Part shown: one piece after another, positions 1 through 9,455 of the stretch | Position numbering within the stretch: the stretch's first letter is position 1 | Layout: every line of letters starts with the position of its first letter | From: an uncultured Acidobacteriota bacterium | GTDB taxonomy: Bacteria > Actinomycetota > Acidimicrobiia > Spongiisociales > ZC4RG35 | Length of the DNA: 31,624 nt | Assembly (NCBI GenBank): GCA_963828465.1 | Contig: CAWHEU010000003.1 | Location: forward strand, 1 to 31,624 | Reading direction: 5' to 3' | Program-made: the position numbers and the translations under genes | The notes under the pieces: model-generated | Database searches by the model: none | What the model was told of the DNA's origin: nothing | Seen by the model: the letters and a program-made list of their open reading frames with translations, nothing else

Positions 1-139
1 TTTTCGGCCGTGCTCCAGGGCGACGAGTGGGCCCGAGCAGACGAGCGACTTTGTGGACGGGTACACCAAGATCCCGCCACATCCAGAACTGCTTGCTACG
101 TCTGAAAGGCTTGCCGCCGAGACCCTCCCCGAGTGGTAG
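1..139 (+). CDS. 3' end of a probable MazE-like antitoxin (partial, runs off the window)
   Basis: Frame 2 reads ...EQTSDFVDGYTKIPPHPELLATSERLAAETLPEW* (TAG 137-139). The GY..xP...acidic...W C-terminus resembles antitoxins that precede PemK/MazF genes, and the stop overlaps a GTG (GAGTGGTAG). Recognised by pattern only. Confidence 0.4.
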   Translation, partial: FRPCSRATSGPEQTSDFVDGYTKIPPHPELLATSERLAAETLPEW

Positions 140-218
140 CGCGAACCGGCATCTCGACCCGGGAACCCGAGCCGAGCTAGATCGTGCCCTTCGCTACTCG
201 CTCGACATCATCTATTGA
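133..218 (+). pseudogene. Internally deleted PemK/MazF-like toxin remnant
   Basis: GTG GTA GCG CGA (MVAR) at 133 overlaps the upstream stop and is followed at once, in another frame, by HLDPGTRAELDRALRYSLDIIY*, a typical MazF C-terminal helix (L...xDxALxxxL). The catalytic core is absent. Confidence 0.4.
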
Positions 219-361
219 CTGACTCGTCGCCCGCCTTCTTGGGCACTGGCACCGGTTCCCCCCGGTTCCTTGGGCCGTGCCGGCGCCTCCTCACGACGTG
301 GCTGTCGATTCGGCTCCGGCTCGATCCTGATCTTGCGCAAGGGTTTACCTATGTTGGCCAC
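212..361 (-). CDS. Small Pro/Glu-rich peptide (49 aa as written), not in the ORF track
   Basis: GGAGG (369-373) lies 7 nt before GTG 361. Translation is MANIGKPLRKIRIEPEPNRQPRREEAPARPKEPGGTGASAQEGGRRVSQ*. Removing one G from the G6 run (258-263) gives ...KEPGEPVPVPKKAGDESVNR* ending at 208. It overlaps the upstream gene's end by 13 nt. Confidence 0.6.
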   Translation of the reverse strand: MANIGKPLRKIRIEPEPNRQPRREEAPARPKEPGGTGASAQEGGRRVSQ

Positions 362-1332
362 GACATCGCCTCCAGGTCGTCGGGTGGGTCACCACGGTGG
401 ACGCTCACATCCGGATAGAGCTTCGAGAGCCAGTCGGCGATGATCGGCGATTCCGTCCAGAGGTCGAGGATTCGGGCGTTGGAAGCGCGGTAACCGCTCT
501 CGTGTTCGATCACGAGGCCGGACAGCTCGACCCGTCCCACCACGTCGGGCTTGCCCGGGAACATGGAGCCCACCTCGCTGGGCCGGGGCACGGCGTAATC
601 CCGCAGGGGTGGTCCCATCCCGGTGGCTCATCGCAGTAGTCACACCAGGCGACGAAACGCTGGGTGGTCCACTCGCTGACGACACCCCGCAACACAGAGC
701 CGGTCCATTGCCAGGCGCGCCAGCCCACCATCGCCTCGGGCGACCAGAATTCTTCCGTGGGCTCGTCGGTCTCCGGCATCGCGTGCCACGGCAGCGGGGC
801 CAGAGAGCGGGAGATGGCGATCGGCGCCAGGTCCTGGGTCGGCATCTGGATCCGCCGGACCGCTATGAGCAGACCAGCCGAGAGAAGACTTGCACCCAGC
901 ATCACCAACAAGGCGCCGACTCTAGGCAGACCCGTGGGAAGGGCCACCCCCTCGCCGGGGGTCGGGCCCATCACCAGGAACGCGCTGGTGCCACCCAGTA
1001 TCCAGATGACCGGCGTGAAATAGCGCCCGATCCGCTCCGCCGCCACCGTCGAGAACTTGCCCACCACCCACGTCACCAGACCGAGGGGGACGACCAGCAC
1101 CACCCAGAGCGGCCAGAAGCCGATCGTGTAGGCGAACAAGGAGAACATGGCGACGTCGATCCAATAGATCACCGACGACTGCCCCCCGGTGAACCACACG
1201 ACTAGCACGGGCACGCCCACGATCGCGGCCAGGACCAGAGCGATCCGGCCGATCCGCTTCGCCCAGCCGCGTCGAAGCCATGATGCGCCGACACGTCCAG
1301 CGTAGGTGCCGGGATGCTCATGCTGTTCCCAT
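349..1332 (-). CDS. Multi-pass membrane protein with C-terminal GWRxW...CxxC...CGIYA...GxVIEHxxGYRA domain of unknown function (two 1-nt frameshifts)
   Basis: GGAGG RBS precedes ATG 1332. Removing one G at ~1329 joins it to ORF 510..1220 (about five hydrophobic helices). Adding one T at ~598 joins CGI to YAVPRP...VVGRVELSGLVIEHESGYRASNARIL of ORF 349..618. Confidence 0.7.
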
Positions 1333-1353
1333 GGGTCGCCTCCGCTCGACTAA

Positions 1354-2693
1354 TTATGGACGAAGCGGCGACAGGGGTGTGCGGAGTTTCCGGCTTGGCG
1401 GCCACACGCCCTGTGCGTACGACCCCAAGGCCCGATTGAGGAAGGCGGCCATCTGGCCGCGGATAACGTTGTCGTCGGGGCAGAATCGGTCGTTCACCGG
1501 AGGATTGCACCCCTGAGTGACCCCGGCTGTCGCCAGCTTGTCGATCGCCGATTCGAAAACACTGTCATCGTCGTCGACGAACCAGTTGCCACCCCCATCA
1601 TCGACGTAGGCCATCGCCCGGACCAAGAACGCAGCCATCTCCCCTCTGGTCACGCTGCGCTCGGGACAGAAGCGATCGTTGACCGGTGGGTTGCATCCCT
1701 CAGTGACGCCGGCGGCCGCCAGCTTGTCGATCGCCGACTCGAAGACACTGTCATCGTCGTCCACGAACCGGTCCCCACCCCCATCATCGACATAGCCCAT
1801 CGCCCGGACCAGGAACGCAGCCATCTCCCCTCTGGTCACGCTGCGCTCAGGACAGAAGCGGTCGTTCACCGGTGGGTTGCACCCTTTCGTTATGCCTTCG
1901 AGGGCAAGCCACTCGATGGCAGTTTGGAACACCGAGTCATCGTCATCGACGAACGAGCCCACGAAACCCGAACAATTGGGGTACTCGCCGTGAAGGTCCA
2001 CATCGGTCCGGGGCAGACCCAATTCAATAGCAGTTGGCGGGCCGAACCCGTTCGGGTTGAGCCGGTAGGACAGGGCTTCCCCACCTATCAGAACGCCCGG
2101 TATCAACTCACCCTGATCATCGAGACCTCGGAACAGATCAAGAGAGACCATTCCGTCCGAGCGGCAGGCGAACCAGGTCGAATGGGCGAGGACCCCCTGC
2201 TGACTCGCATCACTGGATAACCACCTGACGCCAACGGAACCGGGGCGAGGGCACAGTCCCGGAAGGAGAAGAAGGCGAAGCTGGCGCCGTCGGCATTTCT
2301 CTCGACACCGGCCACGATGAGACGCTGGCCGGCCATATCCACGACGCGGGCTGGAGTGGCCATCGGGAAAGTGGAGAACTGAGCCAGATCGTCGATCAAG
2401 ATCGCCGTGCCCCAACCCGAGGCCAACTCGACATGCAGGAAATGGTCGGCCAGTTCAGGGTCGGCATTCCCGGTCCAATAACCGGTGACGACATCCTTGT
2501 GGCCATCTCCGTCGACATCAGCCAGGAACTGCGACGGGCCGAACCCTCCGATGACGGCGTCGGCGGGCACCGGCGTGTCCGGAAGTGCGTCACACGTCGT
2601 CGACACAGCAGCAACCAGGTTCGGGCTCGGAGTGGATGGGACGGCGGGGAACAACCCGATCAGGACCGACAAAGCAAGCCAGAACCCGCCCAT
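1354..2693 (-). CDS. Secreted S-layer homology (SLH) domain protein with an N-terminal FG-GAP-like Ca-binding motif (frameshift ~2195)
   Basis: Signal peptide MGGFWLALSVLIGLF, the motif DVDGDGHKDVV, and three C-terminal repeats FVDDDDSVFExAIxxLAxxGxTxGCNPPVNDRFCPxxxVxRGxMAAFLxRA. ORFs 2103..2696 and 1354..2415 join across the C5 run at 2193-2197. Confidence 0.85.
1430..1955 (-). repeat. Three tandem 186-bp (62-aa) SLH coding repeats
   Basis: Near-identical DNA: ccatcgcccggacca(a/g)gaacgcagccatctcccctctggtcacgctgcgctc occurs at 1611 and 1797 (period 186). Confidence 0.9.
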
Positions 2694-2801
2694 CAATGGA
2701 ACCCCCGCCGACAGGACCCTCCGACACTACGCCGTCTGGTCGGGGAAGTTGGGGCTCCAGAGCTCTGACACGGCCCGGGGCGGTCGAAATACCCTGTTCC
2801 G

Positions 2802-3773
2802 ATGCAGGCGATCGTCTACGACCAATATGGCCCGCCAGACGTCCTCGAGCTCCGGAACGTCGAAGAGCCCGAGGTCGGTGAGACCGATGTCCTGGTCCGG
2901 GTTCGAGCGGCGGCGGCCAACCCGCTCGACTGGTTCGCCTTCACCGGGACTCCCTACATCGCCCGACCCGGATTCGGACTGACAAAGCCAACCGGCAAGA
3001 GGCTCGGCGCGGACTTCGCCGGCGTGGTCGAGAGAATCGGCAGCAGCGTCACCCGTTTTCAGCCAGGGGACGAGGTCTACGGCACCACCACCGGTTCGTT
3101 CGCCGAGCTGGTGTCGGTCGGCGAAGACGTCTCGCTGTCTCCCAAGCCCACCCAGCTCTCATTCGAGCAGGCGGCCGCCGTCCCGGTGGCGGCGCTCACC
3201 GCCCTTCAGGCTCTGCGGGACAAGGGCTCGGTCGAGGCGGGCCAACAGGTCTTGGTGAACGGGGCGGCAGGCGGAGTGGGCACCTTCACGGTCCAGATCG
3301 CCAAAGCCCTGGGGGCCGAAGTGACGGCTGTGTGCAGCAGCCGGAACGTGGAGATGGTGGCGGCGCTGGGTGCCGACGAGGTGGTCGACTACACCAGGGA
3401 GGACTTCACCCAGGGACCGCGACGATACGACCTGATGATCGACGTGGCGGGCAGCCGACCATGGTCCGAGGTCAAGCGCATCCTCCGACCCGGCGCACGA
3501 GTCGTCATCGTCGGCGGCCCCAAGACCAACCGAATGCTCGGGCCATTGGGCCACATGCTTCAGATGACGGTGGGCTCCCTCTTCGCCAGCCAGAAGACGA
3601 CCTTCTTCATCTCCAAGGAGAACACAGACGACCTGTCCACACTGACCGGTCTCATCGAATCGGGAAAGGTCACCCCTTTCGTCGAGCAGACCTATCCCCT
3701 CGAACAGGTCTCGGAGGCGATGGCCTACCTCGGCACGGGACACGCTCGAGGGAAGCTGGTCATCACCATCTGA
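2802..3773 (+). CDS. NAD(P)-dependent medium-chain dehydrogenase/reductase (quinone oxidoreductase-like)
   Basis: YGPPDVL, AAANPLD, LGADFAGVV, VLVNGAAGGVGTFTVQIAK (Rossmann motif) and GHARGKLVI. TACCCT 6 nt before the ATG suggests a leaderless start. Confidence 0.95.
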   Translation: MQAIVYDQYGPPDVLELRNVEEPEVGETDVLVRVRAAAANPLDWFAFTGTPYIARPGFGLTKPTGKRLGADFAGVVERIGSSVTRFQPGDEVYGTTTGSFAELVSVGEDVSLSPKPTQLSFEQAAAVPVAALTALQALRDKGSVEAGQQVLVNGAAGGVGTFTVQIAKALGAEVTAVCSSRNVEMVAALGADEVVDYTREDFTQGPRRYDLMIDVAGSRPWSEVKRILRPGARVVIVGGPKTNRMLGPLGHMLQMTVGSLFASQKTTFFISKENTDDLSTLTGLIESGKVTPFVEQTYPLEQVSEAMAYLGTGHARGKLVITI

Positions 3774-3888
3774 GACGGCGGTCACCTATATTTGGGCGTT
3801 GTCCCGGTCTCCGTTCGCCTTTTGCAAGTTGTTGACACCGCCCTGGTAGGGGTCGGGTGGAAGTCGCAGCGAAGGCGAGGAGGTCACT

Positions 3889-4431
3889 ATGCGACGACTA
3901 CTTGGGTCTGTTGGTTCTCTTGGGGGTCTTGGCAACACTGGCCGTATCGGCCGTGGCCCAAGACGATGGCCATCACCAAGACGAACATCGGGATCTGGCC
4001 AGGCTTGAGGGCCGCGACGGTTCAATTCCATTCGGATCAGCTCGGTGGAAGAAGCCGGCTACCAGTTGGGGTACATCCCGCCCTTTCTGCTCGATACCTG
4101 CATCGCCCACCCAACGGCTGGCGCCATGGGATTCCATTGGTTCAACCACGACAAGATCCACGACACGGTGATCGACCCGCTGAGCCCCGAGGCCATGGTG
4201 TACGCCCCTCGACAGAACGGGACACTCAGACTCGCCGCCGTCGAATGGGTCGTGCCCAAGGGCCTATGGGAGGCCGAGCATGGTGTGGGGGCGCCTCCAC
4301 CCACTGTCCTCGGACATGAGATGCACATCTTGAATCCGGCATTGGGTTGGTACGTGGCTCACGCCTGGGTCTGGATGCACAACCCGGCGGGAATGTTCGC
4401 AGACTGGAATCCGAGTGTGAATTGCAGCTGA
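3889..4431 (+). CDS. Secreted hypothetical protein of the GAMGxH...PExxVY...VE...HAWxWxxNPxGxF family (several frameshifts in the 5' part)
   Basis: GAGGAGG RBS precedes ATG 3889. The signal peptide (LLVLLGVLATLAVSAVAQ), DLARL/RAATVQFHS and ORF 4045..4431 lie in different frames and join into one protein. Confidence 0.7.
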
Positions 4432-4511
4432 ACGAGGGTCGGAACTAGAAGCAGGGCGGCGAAATAACGAGGAACGGCATCCCCGTTGGAGCTTCGGGCC
4501 GGGACTCCGCC

Positions 4512-7299
4512 TTACTCGCCGCCCAGCACGTCGAGGAGCTGGTCGCCATATGCCTCGAGCTTGGCGGGCCCTATCCCGGGGATCTCGAGCAAGGCCTCCT
4601 CGGTGCCGGGGCGTAGGGCGGCGAGCGCTTCCAAGGTCCGGTCATTAAAGATGACATAGGCAGGCACACCCTGGGAGCGGGCTTGGCCGAGCCGCCACGC
4701 CTTGAGGCGATCGACGAGACCCGGGTCTGCCCTATCCCCTCCCGGGGTGAGTCGTCCGTAGACCCCGGCATTGCCCACCTTCCCCACCTTCTCCCCGAAG
4801 GGCACCTGACAACATGGCCCCCGTCCCGGCCGATTTCACCAACACCCCTGATGGTGAGGATCTCGTCCACCACACCCCGTTGCCCACCCATGATCGTGAT
4901 CTCGTCGCCGACCTCGACGAAGACGGCATCGGAGGGGATCCGGGCCGGCGCCAGATCCCTCCGGGCCGGTGGTGCCTCCGTCTCGATCGGGGCCGACCCG
5001 TCGAGCTCGGCCAGGAATCTCGAGGGCCGCGCCTCGTCAGCCAGGATGGTGACCGTCTGCCGCCCCCGGGTCATGGCGACGTGGAATACCCGGCGCTCCT
5101 CCTCGATGTCATCGGACAGCTCGTGGGGCATCGAGCCCCGGTCGGCGCCGAAAACCACGACGTGATCCCACTCCAGCCCTTTCACCCGGTGCACTGTGGA
5201 CAGGGTCACCCCGCCGGGGTTGATAGGAGTGGCCAACTGCTCCCGGAGCCACGGCTCGAACCGGTCAGGCTCCGGGCCGAGCGGCGCCACCCGGCGGAGC
5301 GCGGTGAGGTCGTCGCCCTGAGCCGCCCGGTCGGCCCGGGTCCGACCTGCATCCAGCGCCGCCGCCGCCCGGTCCAGGCCGACGCCGTGGGTCAGCACTT
5401 CGAGCAGCCGGGGAGTGGAGTCCGTGGACTGGGCCGCATGGGCGATGTCGTCGCAGAGCTCGCCCCACCGATCCGCGCGGCGCCCGTCGAGAGTCTCACC
5501 CAACTCCGCCAGCTCACCCAGCGAGAACGGCCCCCGTCGTCGCCCAATCATCTCCCCGAACAACCGGGTGATCCCCCGCCCCGGGCGGCGGATTATCTCG
5601 AACAGGTCGTTGCGGCCCATCTGCTCGGGGTCGAGGGCGATCCGGATCCAGGCCAACGCGGCCCGGAGCACGGTTCGATCGAGAGTGGCGCTGGTGAGCG
5701 GGCTGTGAAACGGAACTTCAGCCTCGCTGAGAGCGACATGAACTGGCAACAAGCTGGAGTTCACCCGAGAGAGGACGGCAATTGTCTCCGGCTCTGCCCC
5801 TCCCTCGATCGCCTTGGCGATGTGGTGTGCCGCGGTCATCCCCAGCTCGTTGCCCGGCATGTTGACGATCTCGAGACCCTGGCGCTCGCTGACACCACGG
5901 ATGGTCTTGTCCACCCGGCGCTTGTTGTAGCCGAGCAGGTTGATCGCCGACTCGACGACGTCGGCCGGCGAGCGGTAGTTGACCTCGAGGGCGTGGGACG
6001 TCGCACCGGGGAAGAGATCCTCGAAATCGATGAGGAATCCGGGGTCGGCGCCGGCGTACCCGTAGATGACCTGGTCGTCGTCGCCGACCCCATAGACATC
6101 GAGACCAGGCGATGCCACCAACCGGATCAGGAGGAGATACGCAGGAGTCAGGTCCTGGAACTCGTCGACTAGGAGATGCCGGCACTGGGCCTGCCAGCGG
6201 GCGCGCAGATCGGGCAGCCGGCACAAGGCCTCGATGGCGCCGTAGATCTGCTCGGAATGATCGGCCTCACCGGCACGCTCTAGCCCCTCTCGGTAACGAC
6301 GAAAGGTCTCGGTGAAGCCGGGTACGTCGTCTCGCTCTGCTTCGACTAGCTCGGGGTCACGAAGCCCGATGCGCACCTCGTCGAGAGCTTCGAGATAGGG
6401 ACCGATGGTGTCGGTGTTGGCACGGGGCGGAGCGGCGGATATCGGCTCCAGCCTCCGACGTTGCTCTCGCTCCTCGATGAGGCGAATACCTGGCTTGGCC
6501 ATGCGCAGGATCTCCCAACCCAGGGAGTGGATGGTGCGCACGTTGAGCCGACTCCCACCCGGGAGCCGTTCGACCATTTCGGCGGCGGCTCGCCGGTTGT
6601 AGGCGAGGGCGGTAAGGATCTCCGGCTCGATTCCCTGTCCTCGATGAGATGACGGACCCGGGCAGTGAGCACCCTGGTCTTCCCCGAGCCGGCCGGGGCG
6701 ATGATCCGGGCTGGGCCGACCCGGTGGGACACCGCTTCGTGCTGGTCCGGGGCCAGATCGACCGAGGGCTCGATGAAGGGCGGCACCGGCGTGGCCCGGC
6801 CCAGGTCGACCGTCTCGTGGTGAATGACCGTCTCATCGAGATCGAGCGGCTGACGAGGACCGCCGTCGATCCAGGCCGGGGTCCCATCGGCTCTGATGAC
6901 ATCGGCAGGGCCACCGACAGTGACATCGAGCCGGGAGGCCGCCTTGTGACCCCACCACCACACCGGCGGATCGGTGCGGGCGTCGTAGGAGTTGTGCCAG
7001 ACCACTTTGGCGAGACGTTCCCGGAGAAAGGTGAATCGGCTGCCCAACTCGTAGGGAGCGGCGTCGGTTGTCTCAACCCGGCTCAGCTCGTCCGGCGTGA
7101 CGTCGAGCTCGTAGACCGTGGGGAGACGCTTCACGTACCGACGCTGGGCGTCGTTCACCATTGAGAGGAGTTTGTCCGGGTCGGCGAGCAGGGCCGCGTC
7201 GATCCGGATCCGGTCGGCGTCGGACCAGGCCGGAGGGGCAGGCGAATCGGGACCCACCACCACCGACCGACCCAGAAGGGCAGGTCCCGGTGCCGTCAC
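4512..7299 (-). CDS. UvrD/PcrA-family (SF1) ATP-dependent DNA helicase with C-terminal HRDC domain, UvrD2-like architecture (frameshifts ~6634 and ~4800-4855)
   Basis: Walker A APAGSGKT, Ia AYNRRAA, II LVDEFQD, III GDDDQVIY, IV NYRS, V TVHRVKGLEW, VI EERRVFHVAMTR. HRDC: LKAWR...VPAYVIFNDRTL...IPGIGPAKLEAYG. Confidence 0.9.
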
Positions 7300-7355
7300 C
7301 CGACCGAGATTACGAGTGGCGGGGGACAGATTCGACCGGTCTCGCCGGCTCCAAC

Positions 7356-9353
7356 TCAGAACTCGAGCCAGGCCGTTTCTTCCAAGGAACCGAGGTCGCT
7401 CGTCATGATCCCCTTCGCCGACACCGTGTACAGATCGTCGCCGATCACCAGTGAGCGCATGATCTGGGCCCGATAGTCCCCAAGATTGTCATCGCCGCCC
7501 GGATGGACGAGACGTTCGACCTCTGCCAGGTTCCCATGGTCGTCGACGGTGAGACCAACGGCTCCGAAGAACATGTTGTCGGTCTTCCCGTCCCACCACC
7601 ATTGCTCGACCGGGACCATGGCCAGACCGGTCTGCTCCCAGTAGAGGAAGGCGTGATGGTCGTATTCCACCTGTGACGACGATCCCTCGCTCAAGGTGAA
7701 CTGGTCGACCTTGGTCGGATTGGCTGGATCACGCACATCGAACACCGAGACCTGAGTGCCCTGGACTTGTCCGGTCTCGGTGGCGTCTTGCCCGATGCCC
7801 ATGAGCAGACCGTCCCCCACCGGGTGCAGATAGGCCGAGTAACCGAGGATCTTCAACTCGCCCACCACTCGCGGCCGTGTCGGGTCGGTCAGGTCGATGG
7901 TGTAGAGAGGGTCGGTCTGGCGGAACGTCACGACGTAGGCGACCTCGTCGATGAACCGCACCGAGTAGATCTGCTCCCCCTCGCCGAGACCGTCCACCAT
8001 CCCGATATCGACCAGCTCGCCCTCGCCCTCTTCGAGCACCGTCACCCGAGACTCGGAGTCGAAACCGCTGCCCCACCACGGGGGACTGGTGGTCGAGGCC
8101 ACCCGGAGCCGCCCGTCGTGTTCATCCATCGCGAACTGGTTGAGCAGATATCCGGAGACCCGGCCTGTGGCGCGATAGGTGGCTGCCTCGGTGCTACTGA
8201 TGTCGAACTTGTGGATCTCGGTGCTGATCTCGTCGGGTCGATCTTCTTCGATCCCGGTCCGGGCCCACTCCCACGTTTGCCAGTTCTGGGTGGCCACATA
8301 GAGGCTCTCGGCGGACGCGTAGACGGTGTCGCCGGTAGCGAGCAAGCCGGTGGCGTCCACCACGTCGAGCCCGGAACTGGCGTCGATGGTGACCACGGAC
8401 AACATGTCGAGACCGGAGAAGTCCTCGGGGTGCGCGGCGCGCTCGCAGTCGAAGAGCGTGCCTTCGGCGGTGACCTCACCGTCGACGTCGGCGACCACAT
8501 AGAAGGGGATCCAGTTGTCGACGCTGGAGTTGCGGATGATCTCCCTGTTCTCCTCTACCGCCTGGCGCTCGGCTCGGAGCCCGGAACCGGCGGGGTAACT
8601 CCATTCGAATCCGACCGGAGCCGAGCTGACCACCAGGCGGACGGTGTCGTCGATCATGCGGGCGGAGACGAAACCGCCGTCGATGGTCATTGTGCGGACG
8701 ATCTCGGGATCGCCGGCGATGTCCACCTCGATGAGCTGGACGGTCGGCGACTCGGGGACAGGAGCGATCATGGCATCCCCTTGCTCGAGGGGGACGACCG
8801 GCGTCCAACTCGAGCCGAACAACAACACGGTGTCCCCGGTGAGGAACATGCTCTGCACCATGAAGTCGCCGACCTCGAGCCGTCCGATCTCCACGGGCTC
8901 GGGCCCGGTGACGTCGGCCACGATCAGCATTCCCTCCGAGAGGACGACGATGTTATCCCCGTCGGTCTTCACCATGTCGGGCTCGTCGACTCCCAGCACC
9001 TGGACATTGGTCGTCGAATGGTCGGTGTCCTGCCTGACTGCCGGGGCGACCGCTTCGGCGGCCATCGTGGTGGTGGCGCTTTCTTCGACCGGCCACCCGA
9101 AGAAGCCGTCGCCCAGCCCGTAGGGACCGACCAGCTCCACGCCGTGGGCAATCACATAGTTGAGGAAGGTGTCGCAGGCGTCGAAGGGGACGAGTGCGTT
9201 GGAGGCCAGGCGTCCCCGAGGGGTCCCGGACTCGACGCGCCGATCGGGTCGAGCGGGGATCGTGTCGTCGTTGCGCGCGGCGAAGGTGCATGCGGTGAGA
9301 AGGAGGGCGAAGGCAACGAGCGTTGCGATGGACGGGATGATCCGGCTGCGCAT
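7356..9353 (-). CDS. Beta-propeller domain lipoprotein (Beta_propel/PF09826-like secreted protein)
   Basis: AGGAGG RBS precedes ATG 9353. Lipobox LTAC. Family motifs TNVQVLGVDEPDMVKTDG, LLNQFAMDE, EQIYSVRF, VTFRQTDPLY, GELKILGYSAYLHP and YDHHAFLYW. Confidence 0.9.
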   Translation of the reverse strand: MRSRIIPSIATLVAFALLLTACTFAARNDDTIPARPDRRVESGTPRGRLASNALVPFDACDTFLNYVIAHGVELVGPYGLGDGFFGWPVEESATTTMAAEAVAPAVRQDTDHSTTNVQVLGVDEPDMVKTDGDNIVVLSEGMLIVADVTGPEPVEIGRLEVGDFMVQSMFLTGDTVLLFGSSWTPVVPLEQGDAMIAPVPESPTVQLIEVDIAGDPEIVRTMTIDGGFVSARMIDDTVRLVVSSAPVGFEWSYPAGSGLRAERQAVEENREIIRNSSVDNWIPFYVVADVDGEVTAEGTLFDCERAAHPEDFSGLDMLSVVTIDASSGLDVVDATGLLATGDTVYASAESLYVATQNWQTWEWARTGIEEDRPDEISTEIHKFDISSTEAATYRATGRVSGYLLNQFAMDEHDGRLRVASTTSPPWWGSGFDSESRVTVLEEGEGELVDIGMVDGLGEGEQIYSVRFIDEVAYVVTFRQTDPLYTIDLTDPTRPRVVGELKILGYSAYLHPVGDGLLMGIGQDATETGQVQGTQVSVFDVRDPANPTKVDQFTLSEGSSSQVEYDHHAFLYWEQTGLAMVPVEQWWWDGKTDNMFFGAVGLTVDDHGNLAEVERLVHPGGDDNLGDYRAQIMRSLVIGDDLYTVSAKGIMTSDLGSLEETAWLEF

Positions 9354-9384
9354 GATTCTCCTCCTGCGGGTTTGTCCCCATTGG

Positions 9385-9411
9385 GATGCCGCGAAGGGGC
9401 GCAACGGTTCC
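9385..9411 (-). promoter_or_regulatory. Putative ECF-sigma promoter upstream of the beta-propeller lipoprotein
   Basis: Minus strand reads GGAAC-N17-GCATC, similar to actinobacterial ECF -35 GGAAC and -10 CGTC/CATC elements. Confidence 0.45.
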
Positions 9412-9455
9412 CGAGCGGTTTTATCCCCGGGGAACCGAGGGATGAGAAGCTAGAG

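Noticed and set aside
1430-1955. CRISPR-like or mobile-element repeat
   Set aside because: The repeats are in-frame 186-bp coding units with no unique spacers and no cas or transposase genes.
3832-3860. TTGACA as a sigma-A -35 element
   Set aside because: There is no TANNNT at 16-19 nt spacing.
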